A stretch of DNA of 64,000 nucleotides from the NCBI GenBank assembly GCA_963718665.1, contig OY970359.1, forward strand, positions 864,001-928,000. The letters run 5' to 3'. Below are positions 10,361 to 20,388 of this stretch, piece after piece. The DNA comes from an uncultured Phycisphaerales bacterium. GTDB taxonomy: Bacteria > Planctomycetota > Phycisphaerae > Sedimentisphaerales > Anaerobacaceae. Position 1 is the first letter of the stretch. The number at the start of each line of letters is the position of its first letter. The notes under the pieces are model-generated. The model was not told the DNA's origin and did not search any database. It saw only the letters and a program-made list of their open reading frames with translations. Both the position numbers and the translations under genes were made by a program.

Positions 10361-11224
10361 TTACTTTTTCTCTGTGTTCTCAGCGTGCTCGGCGGTAAGT
10401 TTACATCTATGCTCTTCGTATTTTTTGTTTTCGTGGCCCTTATAGGTCTTCAGCCGGTCCATCAGCTCATTGAAATCAACCTTGTGCCCGTCGAACTCAG
10501 GGCCATCCACGCAGGCAAATTTCCGTTTGCCATCAATAGTAACCCGGCAGCCCCCGCACATCCCCGTCCCGTCAACCATAACAGGATTCAAACTTACGAT
10601 AGTCGGGATATTCATTGGCCGGGTCAGCTCCGCCACCGCTTTCATCATTATTACAGGTCCCGCGCAATAAACTGCATCGACTTTGGTCTGGGGATTTTCG
10701 GTAAGTTCCCGCAGGGCATCGGTTACAAGTCCCTTTTTACCCGACGAGCCATCGTCGGTTATGACAATCAACTGGTCGCTTGTCGAACCAAGTAACTGTT
10801 CGAGAATAACTAATTCTTTGGTGCGTGCGCCGATAATGCTGACTATCTTGTTCCCCGCCTGACGCAGCGCGACCGCCTGCGGATACACAACCGCCGTTCC
10901 CAGCCCGCCGCCGATTACCACCACCGTTCCGTATTTGGCGATATGACTTGGCTGTCCCAAAGGCCCCGCAACATCCGCGAAGTATCCGCCCTTTTGCAGC
11001 ATCGTCATCTCAAGCGTGCTTTTGCCGACCGTCTGCACAATCAGCGTGATAGTTCCGGTCCTGGTATTAACGTCTGCTATCGTCAGAGGTATGCGTTCCG
11101 AATGTTCAGTTGCCCGGACGATTACAAACTGCCCGCACAGCCGCGATTTGACGATTCGCGGCGCCTTTATCTCATACCGCGTAACATTCGGCCCAAGCGT
11201 CTGTTTGTCCACAATTTCAAACAT
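10361..11224 (-). CDS. nfnA: NfnA/SudB-type small subunit (FAD, 2Fe-2S)
   Basis: GQFVIVR...ERIPLTIAD, GPLG, GGGLG, DGTGMCGGCRV...FACVDGPEF. Confidence 0.88.
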   Translation of the reverse strand: MFEIVDKQTLGPNVTRYEIKAPRIVKSRLCGQFVIVRATEHSERIPLTIADVNTRTGTITLIVQTVGKSTLEMTMLQKGGYFADVAGPLGQPSHIAKYGTVVVIGGGLGTAVVYPQAVALRQAGNKIVSIIGARTKELVILEQLLGSTSDQLIVITDDGSSGKKGLVTDALRELTENPQTKVDAVYCAGPVIMMKAVAELTRPMNIPTIVSLNPVMVDGTGMCGGCRVTIDGKRKFACVDGPEFDGHKVDFNELMDRLKTYKGHENKKYEEHRCKLTAEHAENTEKK

Positions 11225-11478
11225 CTATTTGGCAACTCCTGCCATAATAACGAATAAAAACCAACAGGAAACAAAGGATTATACCCTTCCCCTTTGCTTA
11301 AAAGAAATTAAAAATGAGGGTCAAACCCATTAGAGGTTCTTATATTATACGCCTGAGAAGATGAGGGAGGTTAAGCAATGCGGGTTCCCCCAACGCATAA
11401 GCGAATTTTTACTGCAATTTGGGCAGGCAAGCCGACAATAGAGAAGGAATACCCTGTTTTTTAAGGAAGCGGTCTGCG

Positions 11479-12663
11479 ATGGCTGAAATGGCAACAACAC
11501 TGGTCGAACTTGATTATAAAGAGAACCTGGGCTGGCGAATAGGCATGGTTGTCATTATCCTTATGGCAATAGGCACGGTATTTGTCTTTTCCGCGGGCGT
11601 CGAGGTCTCCAAAGGCGTCAACCTGTCGCATTTCTATCAATCCGCCAACCTGCGAAAAGTCCTGTTTTTCCCCTTAGCCGTCGCGGTAATGCTGCTCGTA
11701 TCGCGTATCGATTACCGGCGATTCAATCTCGATAAGGGCCTGTGGCGTTCACCCATTACCTACCTGTTCGGCATCAGCGTAATTCTGCTGGTGTTAGTGC
11801 TCATCCCCCATATCGGCTCGCAAATCAACCAGGCCAGACGCTGGCTAAGAATCCCCCTTGGCCCCGCAACAATCAGTTTTCAGCCCTCGGAACTGGCAAA
11901 ATGGACGGTAATTTTCTCGCTCTCTGCCTTTTGCGTCAAATACGGCAACCTGCTCGCGTTCTTCAAACGAGGCCTTTTGCCCGTTTGTATCGTACTGGGC
12001 CTGGTAGTAGGACTCATCATCATCGAGGACTTCGGCTCAGCAGCCCTGATTGCAATGCTCGCCTTTTTCATATTATTGATAGGCGGAGCTAACTGGCGAT
12101 ACCTTGTCGCCCCGCTGCCTGTCGCCGCGATTGGTTTTGCCGCCGCGATACTCGCCTCGCCCACCCGAAGAATGCGAATCTTCGCCTTTTTGCACCCCGA
12201 CCAGTTGACCGGCTCATCAAACTACCAGGCGAGCCAGTCGCTCATCGCCATCGGCTCAGGCGGGTTCTTCGGCAAAGGCCTCGGTATGGGCGTTTGCAAA
12301 TACGGCCATCTCCCCGAAGACACATCTGACTTTATTTTCTCAATTATCGCCGAAGAAATGGGACTGGTCGGCACCTTAACAGTCATCGCGCTTTTCATCA
12401 TACTTATCGTTTTGGGAGTTATGGTAATAAATCGCTGCAAAGAACCCTTTGGCAAGCTGCTCGCGACAAGCATTGTTCTGGCTATCGGCTTTCAGGCCGC
12501 ACTTAATATCGGCGTCGTTACCGTCGTCCTGCCCACAAAAGGCCTCCCCCTGCCCTTCGTCAGCGCGGGCGGAACAAGCATGCTTCTCTCCGCAGCCGCC
12601 GTCGGCGTCCTTTTGAATATCGCATCACAATGTGAAAAAACACAGCTCAGGAAGGACACGTGA
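11479..12663 (+). CDS. ftsW: SEDS peptidoglycan glycosyltransferase FtsW/RodA
   Basis: ARRWL...FQPSELAK, YQASQSLIAIGSGG, LPEDTSDFIFSIIAEEMG, PTKGLPLPFVSAGG. Confidence 0.92.
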   Translation: MAEMATTLVELDYKENLGWRIGMVVIILMAIGTVFVFSAGVEVSKGVNLSHFYQSANLRKVLFFPLAVAVMLLVSRIDYRRFNLDKGLWRSPITYLFGISVILLVLVLIPHIGSQINQARRWLRIPLGPATISFQPSELAKWTVIFSLSAFCVKYGNLLAFFKRGLLPVCIVLGLVVGLIIIEDFGSAALIAMLAFFILLIGGANWRYLVAPLPVAAIGFAAAILASPTRRMRIFAFLHPDQLTGSSNYQASQSLIAIGSGGFFGKGLGMGVCKYGHLPEDTSDFIFSIIAEEMGLVGTLTVIALFIILIVLGVMVINRCKEPFGKLLATSIVLAIGFQAALNIGVVTVVLPTKGLPLPFVSAGGTSMLLSAAAVGVLLNIASQCEKTQLRKDT

Positions 12664-13769
12664 TGGCAGGCAAAAGCGTCTTCTTCGCAGGCGGAGGAAC
12701 AGGCGGGCATATCTACCCGGCGGTGGCAGTAGCGGAGAAAATTGCCGAACTTGACACAACCGCGAAAATCCATTTCTTCATCAGCAACAGGGATATAGAT
12801 AAACACGTTCTGTCAAAAACCGCCTTCGAATATACCGCCCTGCCCGCCGTAGGCCTTTCAATCAGGCCGGACAGGTTTTTAAATTTCTGCAAAATGTTCT
12901 TGGCAAGTCAAAAAATCGCAGCCGAAACGATAACCAAAAGCGAAAACCCGGTCGTCGTAGGCGCAGGCGGCTTCGTCGCCGCGCCTGTCTGCCGCGCCGC
13001 TTACAAATCGAAAATCCCACTCTTTCTGCTCAACGTCGATATCATCCCCGGCAAAGCCAACAAACTCATCGGGCGATGGGCGCAACGCATCTTTGTCCAG
13101 TTCGAGGAAACCGCCGAATACTTCGGAAAACAAAAAACAAAAGTAACCGTCGCCGGCTGCCCCCTGCGAAGCAGCTTCGACAACCCGAATCCGCAAAAGG
13201 CAAAAGACGCCCTCGGTCTCGACTACAACAAAAAAATCCTCCTAATAACAGGCGCCTCAACCGGCTCGCAGAACATTAACAGAACAATTTGCTCGCTGCT
13301 GGAAAAATTATCGAATTATGCCGACAACTGGCAAATAGTGCATTTAACAGGCAGGGCAAACTTCGACCAAGTCAGCGCCAGCTACGCCAATGCCCCCATA
13401 AGAAACAAAGTCGTCGATTACTATGACGATATGCCGAACCTGCTCGCCGCCGCAGATATTGTAATAGGCAGAAGCGGCGCAGTCAGCGTCGCCGAATACG
13501 CCTCCGCGGCAACGCCGAGTATTTGTATGCCATATCCCTATCATAACGACCTGCACCAGTACCTCAATGCCGGAAAACTCGTCGAAGCTGGAGCCGCCGT
13601 TATCGTCGATGACGTCGGCGACGACAAAGACAGGTGCGAGTGGCTCTGGGAGGAGCTTGAGCCGCTGCTGAAAGACGAAACTGCACGCCGGCAGATGAAA
13701 GACGCCTGCAAAACCGTCGCCCGAAAAAACGCCGCTAAAATAATTGCCGAAGCGGTTCTTGGCAGATAA
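12663..13769 (+). CDS. murG: MurG glycosyltransferase
   Basis: AGGGTGGHIYPA, GGFVAAP, PGKANK, GCPLR, GRSGAVSVAE, HQYLNA. Confidence 0.93.
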   Translation: MAGKSVFFAGGGTGGHIYPAVAVAEKIAELDTTAKIHFFISNRDIDKHVLSKTAFEYTALPAVGLSIRPDRFLNFCKMFLASQKIAAETITKSENPVVVGAGGFVAAPVCRAAYKSKIPLFLLNVDIIPGKANKLIGRWAQRIFVQFEETAEYFGKQKTKVTVAGCPLRSSFDNPNPQKAKDALGLDYNKKILLITGASTGSQNINRTICSLLEKLSNYADNWQIVHLTGRANFDQVSASYANAPIRNKVVDYYDDMPNLLAAADIVIGRSGAVSVAEYASAATPSICMPYPYHNDLHQYLNAGKLVEAGAAVIVDDVGDDKDRCEWLWEELEPLLKDETARRQMKDACKTVARKNAAKIIAEAVLGR

Positions 13770-13803
13770 TATTTAATTTAACAAGAAATATAACGGCATA
13801 AAA

Positions 13804-14301
13804 ATGAAACTGGGAAAAATAATAATCCTGGTCGCGGGCTTCATTTTCGCCTTTCTGGTGTCCTGGCTTTTCCTGTTTATCTGGGGGCACAACCCCACCA
13901 TCGTCGCCCTGTCGCCTTACGATGTTAATGTTCCCGGTAAACCGCTAATTTCCGCCAAAGTGTACTCGCTCAAAAAGAGTGAATATCTGCTCGTCCTTAC
14001 CGACGCCGAATCTGGTCGCCGCGAAGGATACTGGTTCTGCCCCGCCAAGGGCCGCATAGGAGTTCCGTCTTTCCCAACTTACCTGCCATTGGGTAACCGC
14101 GCCGTTATCAGCAAAACCACCCTCGACGGCTTTACTTACCTCAGCGAATACACCGCCGACTGGGAAATAAAAAATAACAATATAACCTTCACCATCAAAG
14201 GCCCCTCAGAGGCAATCCGCGTCGCCAGGGAGCTCTCAACCGAAGACCTGAAACGCGGAATTTCCTATGGCGCTAAGATTATTATGAGAACCAGGGAGTA
14301 A
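13804..14301 (+). CDS. Hypothetical membrane-anchored protein
   Basis: 165-aa ORF with an N-terminal hydrophobic helix; no family recognised. Confidence 0.6.
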   Translation: MKLGKIIILVAGFIFAFLVSWLFLFIWGHNPTIVALSPYDVNVPGKPLISAKVYSLKKSEYLLVLTDAESGRREGYWFCPAKGRIGVPSFPTYLPLGNRAVISKTTLDGFTYLSEYTADWEIKNNNITFTIKGPSEAIRVARELSTEDLKRGISYGAKIIMRTRE

Positions 14302-14382
14302 AAATAAATTCAACTTTCCTTTTACGGACGATATCGATGCGATGTGGCCTATGCTCCAACGCCGGGCAATAAACTTTTGATG

Positions 14383-14410
14383 TTGACAATATATGGTCGA
14401 TGATTAGGAT
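14383..14410 (+). promoter_or_regulatory. Putative sigma70 promoter for the PIN/TRAM gene
   Basis: TTGACA-16nt-TAGGAT. Confidence 0.4.
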
Positions 14411-14499
14411 GGTGCCGCCGGCGAAAAACGTCCGACGAACATAAAGCTAACAGCAATTTCTAATATAAAAATATATTATAAACTTTGGAGGTTACTGGT

Positions 14500-15543
14500 A
14501 TGTTACTATTATTTTTAAGAGTGTTTTTTGTGGTCATTATCATCGCGGTTTTTCTTGTGAACCTGACGGGGCAGGAGATTACCTCGGAAAAAGGCCGGCT
14601 GGATTTTTACGCCCTGCTCTGGAGCGGCCTGGCAATGGTGGTTATAACGTTTGTTATCGACATCCTGACGCCCAAAAAATCCCTGGCCTCACTGGCAGGC
14701 GTTTTCTTCGGGCTTCTCGTCGGTATTGTCGTAAGCTGGGCGCTGGCGCAGGTGCTCGATATGGTTGTTGATATTTATCGCATCGGGCTTACGGCAACGG
14801 TAACCAGTGCGCTGAAGTGGATGATGGGAATATGTATCTGCTTTCTTATTATCACTATCGTCATACGCACAAAAGACGACGTCCGCTTCGTGATTCCATA
14901 CGTCGAGTTCACAAAGCAAACCAAGGGTGCACGCCCCTTCGTCCTCGACACCTCCGCTATCATCGACGGCCGAATCGCCGACCTCTATAAGAGCAAGCTG
15001 TTCGACGCACCACTGATTGTCCCCAGGTTCGTCCTGAACGAAATTCAGCTCATCTCCGACTCCGCAGACAAGCTCAAACGAAACCGCGGCAGACGAGGCC
15101 TCGATATCCTCAAGGAAATGCAGACGAGCTCCTACATCGACCTGACCATCGATGATACCGCCATCCCGGATGAGGAAAGCTTAAAGGGTGTTGACCAGAA
15201 GCTTATACCCTTCACCAAAAACTGCGGCGGACGCCTCGTAACCACCGATTACAACCTCAGCAAAGTGGCCGCCGTCCGCGATGTTGACGTCCTCAATATC
15301 AACGACCTCGCCAACTCACTTAAAACCATCGCCCTCCCCGGCGAAAATATGAAGGTCCGCATCATCAAGCCGGGCGAAGAGCCCCAGCAGGGCGTCGGCT
15401 ATCTCGACGACGGAACCATGGTCGTCGTCGAAGACGCACGCGGCAAAATCGGCAAAGATATCATCATCGCCGTTACAAGCGCATTACAAACCTCCGCAGG
15501 CAAAATGATTTTCGGAAAATTCGAAAACTTCGCGGATCAATAA
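14500..15543 (+). CDS. Membrane PIN/TRAM-domain protein (YacL-like)
   Basis: N-terminal TM helices; LDTSAIIDGRI, KRNRGRRGLDIL, TTDYNLSKVA, QGVGYLDDGTMVVVE, QTSAGKMIF. Confidence 0.9.
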   Translation: MLLLFLRVFFVVIIIAVFLVNLTGQEITSEKGRLDFYALLWSGLAMVVITFVIDILTPKKSLASLAGVFFGLLVGIVVSWALAQVLDMVVDIYRIGLTATVTSALKWMMGICICFLIITIVIRTKDDVRFVIPYVEFTKQTKGARPFVLDTSAIIDGRIADLYKSKLFDAPLIVPRFVLNEIQLISDSADKLKRNRGRRGLDILKEMQTSSYIDLTIDDTAIPDEESLKGVDQKLIPFTKNCGGRLVTTDYNLSKVAAVRDVDVLNINDLANSLKTIALPGENMKVRIIKPGEEPQQGVGYLDDGTMVVVEDARGKIGKDIIIAVTSALQTSAGKMIFGKFENFADQ

Positions 15544-15567
15544 CCACCAGAGGAATTCAATTTGTAT

Positions 15568-15607
15568 TTAGCCCCGCCATCTTCGCCGAAGGCGAGTGGC
15601 GGGGTTT
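15568..15607. repeat. REP-like hairpin (TTAGCCC family), probably also a terminator between convergent genes
   Basis: TTAGCCCCGCCATCTTCGCCGAAGGCGAGTGGCGGGGTT; near-identical to 18836-18875. Confidence 0.7.
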
Positions 15608-15618
15608 ATATTTTATTG

Positions 15619-16701
15619 TTACAGATTCTTCAACAGTTTCATCAGCGTCGGCACAATCTCGCTTTCCGCGACGGTTGCGATTTTGACGCCCTTCTTGTAA
15701 ACAAACGCCTTGTTCTTAGCCGCGCATACCGCCAAATCCGCGTCAGCCGCCTCCCCTGGCCCGTTCACAATACACCCCATTACCGCAATTCGAACCGATT
15801 TATCGATACCACTAACCGCTTTTTTCACCTTGCGAGCAAGCCCCCCTATATCAATCTCGGTCCTCGCGCACGTCGGGCACACTATCAACTGCAGTTTAGG
15901 CGCAGGATACAGCCCCAGCGAAATCAAAATCTGTTTGGCGATTCCCGTCTCGATGACCGGGTCCCCCGCCGCGCTCACCCGTATCGTGTCCCCTATCCCT
16001 TCCGCCAGCAACGCCCCCAGAGTTACCGCCGACGGCACACACGCATCCTCCGGCAGGCCCGCGTGCGTCAAACCTAAGTGAATCGGGTAATCGAACGTCT
16101 CCGATATCCGCCTGTTTATTTCGATTGTGCGCACCGCGTCGCTGCTTTTGGCGCTCAGAACGATTTGGTGAAAACCGTGATTCTCAAATAGCCGGACGTA
16201 ACCCTTCATTTCCTTCAGCATCAGCGCAACCCGCCTGCCCGAAACAACATCCGGCTTTCTCAAATCCCTTATGCTCGCCTCGTTGACGCCGATGCGAATC
16301 GCAACCTTGTGCATCTTCGCCGCATCGATAATACGCAATATGTCGCCGCGATTCTTTATATTACCCGGGTTGAGTCGTATCTTCGCCGCACCCGCCTCAA
16401 TTGCCTCAATCGCCCTGTCTGCGCTAAAATGTATGTCCGCTACCAGCGGGATTTTCACCTTTTGAACAATTTTGGCAAATGCTTCCGTATCCGCACGCGT
16501 CGGCACCGCCAGCCGAACCAGCCCGCAACCCGCCTGGGCCAATTGCTCTATCTGCCGAACGCACCTCGCCACGTCCGTCGTCAGCACCTTCGTCATCGAT
16601 TGTATCACAACCGCCGACGACGACCCAATCTTAACTCCGCCTGTGGTGAGCTTGTCGAATCCACCAACGTCAACCGTCCTCGTTTTTCTTCTCTTAATCA
16701 T
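15619..16701 (-). CDS. ispG: HMBPP synthase IspG (GcpE)
   Basis: IQSMT, PLVADIHF, RLNPGNI, IRIGVN, YPIHLGLT, GIGDTIRVS, CPTCAR, MGCIVNGPGEA. Confidence 0.95.
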   Translation of the reverse strand: MIKRRKTRTVDVGGFDKLTTGGVKIGSSSAVVIQSMTKVLTTDVARCVRQIEQLAQAGCGLVRLAVPTRADTEAFAKIVQKVKIPLVADIHFSADRAIEAIEAGAAKIRLNPGNIKNRGDILRIIDAAKMHKVAIRIGVNEASIRDLRKPDVVSGRRVALMLKEMKGYVRLFENHGFHQIVLSAKSSDAVRTIEINRRISETFDYPIHLGLTHAGLPEDACVPSAVTLGALLAEGIGDTIRVSAAGDPVIETGIAKQILISLGLYPAPKLQLIVCPTCARTEIDIGGLARKVKKAVSGIDKSVRIAVMGCIVNGPGEAADADLAVCAAKNKAFVYKKGVKIATVAESEIVPTLMKLLKNL

Positions 16702-16750
16702 ACCCGAATTGTATCTTGTCCTATTCACCCAATCAAATTAAAATACCGCT

Positions 16751-17605
16751 ATGGCTTCGATGCTTCTCGACATCATTGTGTTGATATGCCTGGCATACCT
16801 CGGCCTGGGACTGTTTCTATATTACATGCAGTCCCGCTTCCTCTACGAACCCGTCCGCCAAATTCCCTACACCCCCGCTGAACTCGGCCTCAATTTCGAA
16901 GAGGTCTATTTCAAAACCGGCGACCGCTTCCGACTCCACGGCTGGTTCGTCCCGGCGCCAAACGCCCAGTTTACCGTCCTCTACTGCCACGGCAACGGCG
17001 GCAATATGATGTACTTCCTCGATACCGTTAACTTCCTCAACAAGCTCGGACTCAATTGCTTCGTCTTCGATTATCGCGGCTACGGCTACAGCCAGGGAGT
17101 CCCCTCCGAAAACGGAACATACCTCGACGCCAGGGCCGCCTACAGATGGCTCACAAAGAAAAAAGGCGTCGCGCCGCAACAAATCATCCTCTTCGGCTGG
17201 TCGCTCGGCGGAAGCATCGCCGCCTATCTCGCAACCAAATTCAAATCCGCAGCCCTCGTCATCGAAAGTGCCTTCACATCGTATCCAGCCATTGGCCAGA
17301 AATTTTACCCCTATATGCCCGTAAAATGGTTCGCCAGGTTCGACTACCCCGCTATCGAATACGTCCGTAAAGTTACATGCCCCGTCCTCGTCATTCACAG
17401 CAGAAACGACGAAATTATCCCCTTCGAACTCGGCCTCAAGATTTACGACGCCGCCAATGAGCCCAAAAAATTCGTCGAAATCTTCGGCAAACACAACGAT
17501 TGTCTCCTCATCTCAGGCGAAACTTACAAAAAGGCCTGGACCAATTGGCTCACATTTTTGAAAGAATCGACCGATATTGAAAATACCCGACAAAAATCCG
17601 TGTAA
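16751..17605 (+). CDS. Alpha/beta hydrolase (ABHD13/BEM46-like)
   Basis: N-terminal TM; HGNGGN, FDYRGYG, GWSLGG nucleophile elbow, HSRNDEIIP, HND. Confidence 0.9.
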   Translation: MASMLLDIIVLICLAYLGLGLFLYYMQSRFLYEPVRQIPYTPAELGLNFEEVYFKTGDRFRLHGWFVPAPNAQFTVLYCHGNGGNMMYFLDTVNFLNKLGLNCFVFDYRGYGYSQGVPSENGTYLDARAAYRWLTKKKGVAPQQIILFGWSLGGSIAAYLATKFKSAALVIESAFTSYPAIGQKFYPYMPVKWFARFDYPAIEYVRKVTCPVLVIHSRNDEIIPFELGLKIYDAANEPKKFVEIFGKHNDCLLISGETYKKAWTNWLTFLKESTDIENTRQKSV

Positions 17606-17611
17606 TCCTGG

Positions 17612-17728
17612 TTAGCCCCCAGGCCTGTTCACCCTAAGCTTGTCGAAGGGCCTGGGGGGTTAAATATAATGTAAACTTCGTGTCTTGCCTGCCCCCACGG
17701 CTACTTGTCGAAGACAAGTGTGGGGGGT
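17612..17728. repeat. Two REP-like hairpins, the first with a nested element in its loop
   Basis: TTAGCCCCCAGGCC-[..ACCCTAAGCTTGTCGAAGG]-GCCTGGGGGGTTAA, then CCTGCCCCCAC...GTGGGGG. Confidence 0.65.
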
Positions 17729-17756
17729 GTCTTAGTGGCAAATTAAGGAAATACTT

Positions 17757-17966
17757 ATGAAAAGAAACGAATTGCACAAAATCTTAAACCCGATTCTCGT
17801 CGTGTTCTTTATCAATCAGGCGATAACAGTCCTGTTCCTCGACGAGTTACCCCGCTGGGCATTCCAGGTTTTTCACAAAGCCGGCGGCGGCATCCTGCTC
17901 GCCCTTATTGCCGTCCACTTCATCCTGAACTTCAACTGGGTCAAAGCAAATTACTTCGCAAAATAA
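17757..17966 (+). CDS. Small two-TM membrane protein (DUF4405-like)
   Basis: AAGGA RBS; His-bearing helices VFHKAGG...VHFILNFNWVK. Confidence 0.65.
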   Translation: MKRNELHKILNPILVVFFINQAITVLFLDELPRWAFQVFHKAGGGILLALIAVHFILNFNWVKANYFAK

Positions 17967-18125
17967 TTGTATGTCGTGGCTTGCCCGCCGCAGGTGCGGA
18001 TTGCCGGGATATCGCAATAATTTCGAATGCAAGTGCAATATTATCAGGTTCCAAAGCGTCATTAATTGAAGATATAAACGGCTTATCACTTTTAAAAACC
18101 ACTGATTGCGGAAAGGATGGACAAT

Positions 18126-18809
18126 ATGAAAATCGATTGTATAAGAAAAATGATTGCGATTTTGGCCGTATTGACTTTTGGTTGTGCTGTAGCTTTTGCG
18201 GCACCTGCCCCGGATTCCAATTCGCCTGCGCACAGGAATAGAGGTCCGGCTGCACAAAGGCCCGTTCGCGACTTTTTGCAGGAGCTTAGCGAAAAACTGA
18301 ACCTCACAGACGCACAGAAGGCCGCCATCAAACCGATTCTGGCGACCGAAGTCAACGAAATAAAGGCCGTTCATCAGGATAGTTCGCTTTCAGCTGAGCA
18401 AAAACAGGCGAAAATCAAAGAAATTCGGGACAACAACAGAGAAAAGATAAACGCTCTCCTGACACCTGATCAGCAGAAAATATTTGCCGAAATGAAAGGC
18501 CAAGCGGGCAACAGAATGCGCGAACAATTCCAAAACCGCATGGCTCTGCTCGCTGAAAAACTGAACCTCACGGACGCACAGAAGGCCGCCATCAACCCGA
18601 TTATGGCGACCGAGGCCAATGATATTAAAGCTGTCATGCAGGACAATTCCCTCTCTAAGGAACAAAAGCAAACTAAAATCTCTGGCATCCGGGAAGCTTC
18701 AGACACAAAGATAAATGCGCTCCTTACCCCCGAACAGCAGGCCAAATGGGCTCAATTAAAAGAAAACGCAAAACAGGAGCGTAATAAGAAGAATGCACCG
18801 GGTACATAA
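18126..18809 (+). CDS. Secreted Spy/CpxP-like (LTxxQ) helical protein with an internal duplication
   Basis: Signal peptide; EKLNLTDAQKAAI...LLTP(D/E)QQ occurs twice, with a DNA-level repeat at about 18290-18480 and 18555-18745. Confidence 0.8.
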   Translation: MKIDCIRKMIAILAVLTFGCAVAFAAPAPDSNSPAHRNRGPAAQRPVRDFLQELSEKLNLTDAQKAAIKPILATEVNEIKAVHQDSSLSAEQKQAKIKEIRDNNREKINALLTPDQQKIFAEMKGQAGNRMREQFQNRMALLAEKLNLTDAQKAAINPIMATEANDIKAVMQDNSLSKEQKQTKISGIREASDTKINALLTPEQQAKWAQLKENAKQERNKKNAPGT

Positions 18810-18835
18810 CACGGTTTTTCTACTTCCTTAAATAA

Positions 18836-18913
18836 TTAGCCCTGCCACCTTCGCCCTTGGCGAGTGGCAGGGTTTTTGTTTGTCTGCCCTCCGTAGCCTC
18901 TGGCGAAGGAGGG
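18836..18913. repeat. Two REP-like hairpins
   Basis: TTAGCCCTGCCAC..GTGGCAGGGTT and CCCTCCGTAGCCTCTGGCGAAGGAGGG; the second is related to TCCGCCGTAG..CGAAGGCGGA at 22928. Confidence 0.65.
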
Positions 18914-18947
18914 TCCGTCTTCCGTTATCCGGCATCTACTTCGTGGC

Positions 18948-19121
18948 TTAGTGGCTTAGTGGCAAAAGTTGATGAGTTAAAATCTTGGGTTTCTGCTCCT
19001 GAGGCATCTGCCCCTGATGTACATGACAGCAAACATCATGGTTATAGATACTCAGAATACGCGTGCAGTTCGGAAACACGCACTTCCTGTTATCAGCCGA
19101 AGTTTTTAGCGCTTTTCCCAT
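18948..19121 (-). CDS. Small Cys/His-rich hypothetical protein
   Basis: GGAG RBS; MGKALKTSADNRKCVFPNCTRILSIYNHDVCCHVH is a possible Zn-binding C-x4-C...C-x2-H pattern. Confidence 0.55.
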   Translation of the reverse strand: MGKALKTSADNRKCVFPNCTRILSIYNHDVCCHVHQGQMPQEQKPKILTHQLLPLSH

Positions 19122-19155
19122 CGTTACTCCTACAGATAATTCACCAGACAAATAT

Positions 19156-19184
19156 GAAAGGCCCCCCCACGGGTGAGGCCTTTC
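19156..19184. terminator. Hairpin downstream of the cold-shock gene
   Basis: GAAAGGCC...GGCCTTTC stem. Confidence 0.5.
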
Positions 19185-19191
19185 TTTCACG

Positions 19192-19410
19192 TTAATTTAC
19201 GGCAGCTTGTCGCGGAACTACGTTTGTCGCGCAGGGTCCTTTTTTGCCCTCGCCCACCGTGTACTCAACCTTCTGCCCTTCGTCCAAATTCGCATACCCG
19301 GTTGTCTTGACTTCCGAGTGGTGAACGAAAAGGTCGGCTCCGCCGTCGTCAGCGACGATAAACCCGTATCCCTTTTCACCATTGAACCATTTCACTGTTC
19401 CTGTACTCAC
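19192..19410 (-). CDS. cspA: Cold-shock protein
   Basis: GTVKWFNGEKGYGFI, LFVHHS, GKKGPCATNV; GTG start with AGGAG RBS. Confidence 0.95.
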   Translation of the reverse strand: MSTGTVKWFNGEKGYGFIVADDGGADLFVHHSEVKTTGYANLDEGQKVEYTVGEGKKGPCATNVVPRQAAVN

Positions 19411-19808
19411 AAATACTCCTTGGCCTTCTAATCGGCCTGCAATTTATAACGTGCCTCTCACATTTGCTGTTGGAGGATACCCTTGAAAGGCGGAAAGATA
19501 TGCTCTACATAATACCTATTATACGCTGCATTACCCCGCCCGCAACAAAATAATAAATTTTTATTCAATATTCCCACAAACCACCTTTCGTAGCGCAGCG
19601 AAGATTCCAGCGCATGCTGGAACCCATCAAGCGCAGCGAGGCGGGGTTGCCTTAAAAAATAATTTTTTTCCAACACTTTCTCCGGAATAAACGCCTTTAA
19701 TAGTGTATAATGACTATAGCATCTGAATATCCATGGAAATCAGGCATACCGCGTTAGTGACCGTTTATCTCACTAAAAAACAGGCAAAATAATATACTGG
19801 ATAAAACA

Positions 19809-20138
19809 ATGGGTAACGAAAAGCACATTATTGCTCAAATAGAGGCATATATCCGCCAGGGAGGCGGCGAATACGGCGATTGGTATATAGGTCTGGCTGA
19901 TAACCCCATCGACCCCATTACAGAAGCTTACCGCCTTCATAAAGTCCAAAACCGCAGGTTTACATACATAGAAACCGTCTCGCACCAGGCCGCAAAGGCC
20001 GCTGCCGATTATTTCCTCAATGTCTGCGGCACTGACGGCAATCTCAGCGATATTGACACAATCCGCCCCTCCCGGGCGCTTTATATTTACAAAAAAGCCC
20101 CTCAACTCTTTCCCTCCGAATCCGCCATACCAGTATAA
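19809..20138 (+). CDS. Hypothetical protein
   Basis: 109-aa ORF (WYIGLADNP...LYIYKK) filling the gap between csp and rho. Confidence 0.6.
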   Translation: MGNEKHIIAQIEAYIRQGGGEYGDWYIGLADNPIDPITEAYRLHKVQNRRFTYIETVSHQAAKAAADYFLNVCGTDGNLSDIDTIRPSRALYIYKKAPQLFPSESAIPV

Positions 20139-20388
20139 GACGTAACCGCATACCTGCCTGCCCTCGGGGTGAGCTTTCTTATATTGCAAACGGAGGGTCC
20201 GGCGTAGGTGTATCGCAAGGGGTGGCATCTGCTTTTGGCGGATTTCGGCAGTAAAATTTTTGCTGTTTTTATAGGTTTTTGCCATTCAAGATGTTATGCT
20301 TGTGCTGTATCGGTCTATGGAGACCGACGGTTATGCGTTCGAATCGTGTCTGACGCATTTATTTTCCCGCAGATAAACTGGAGAACTC

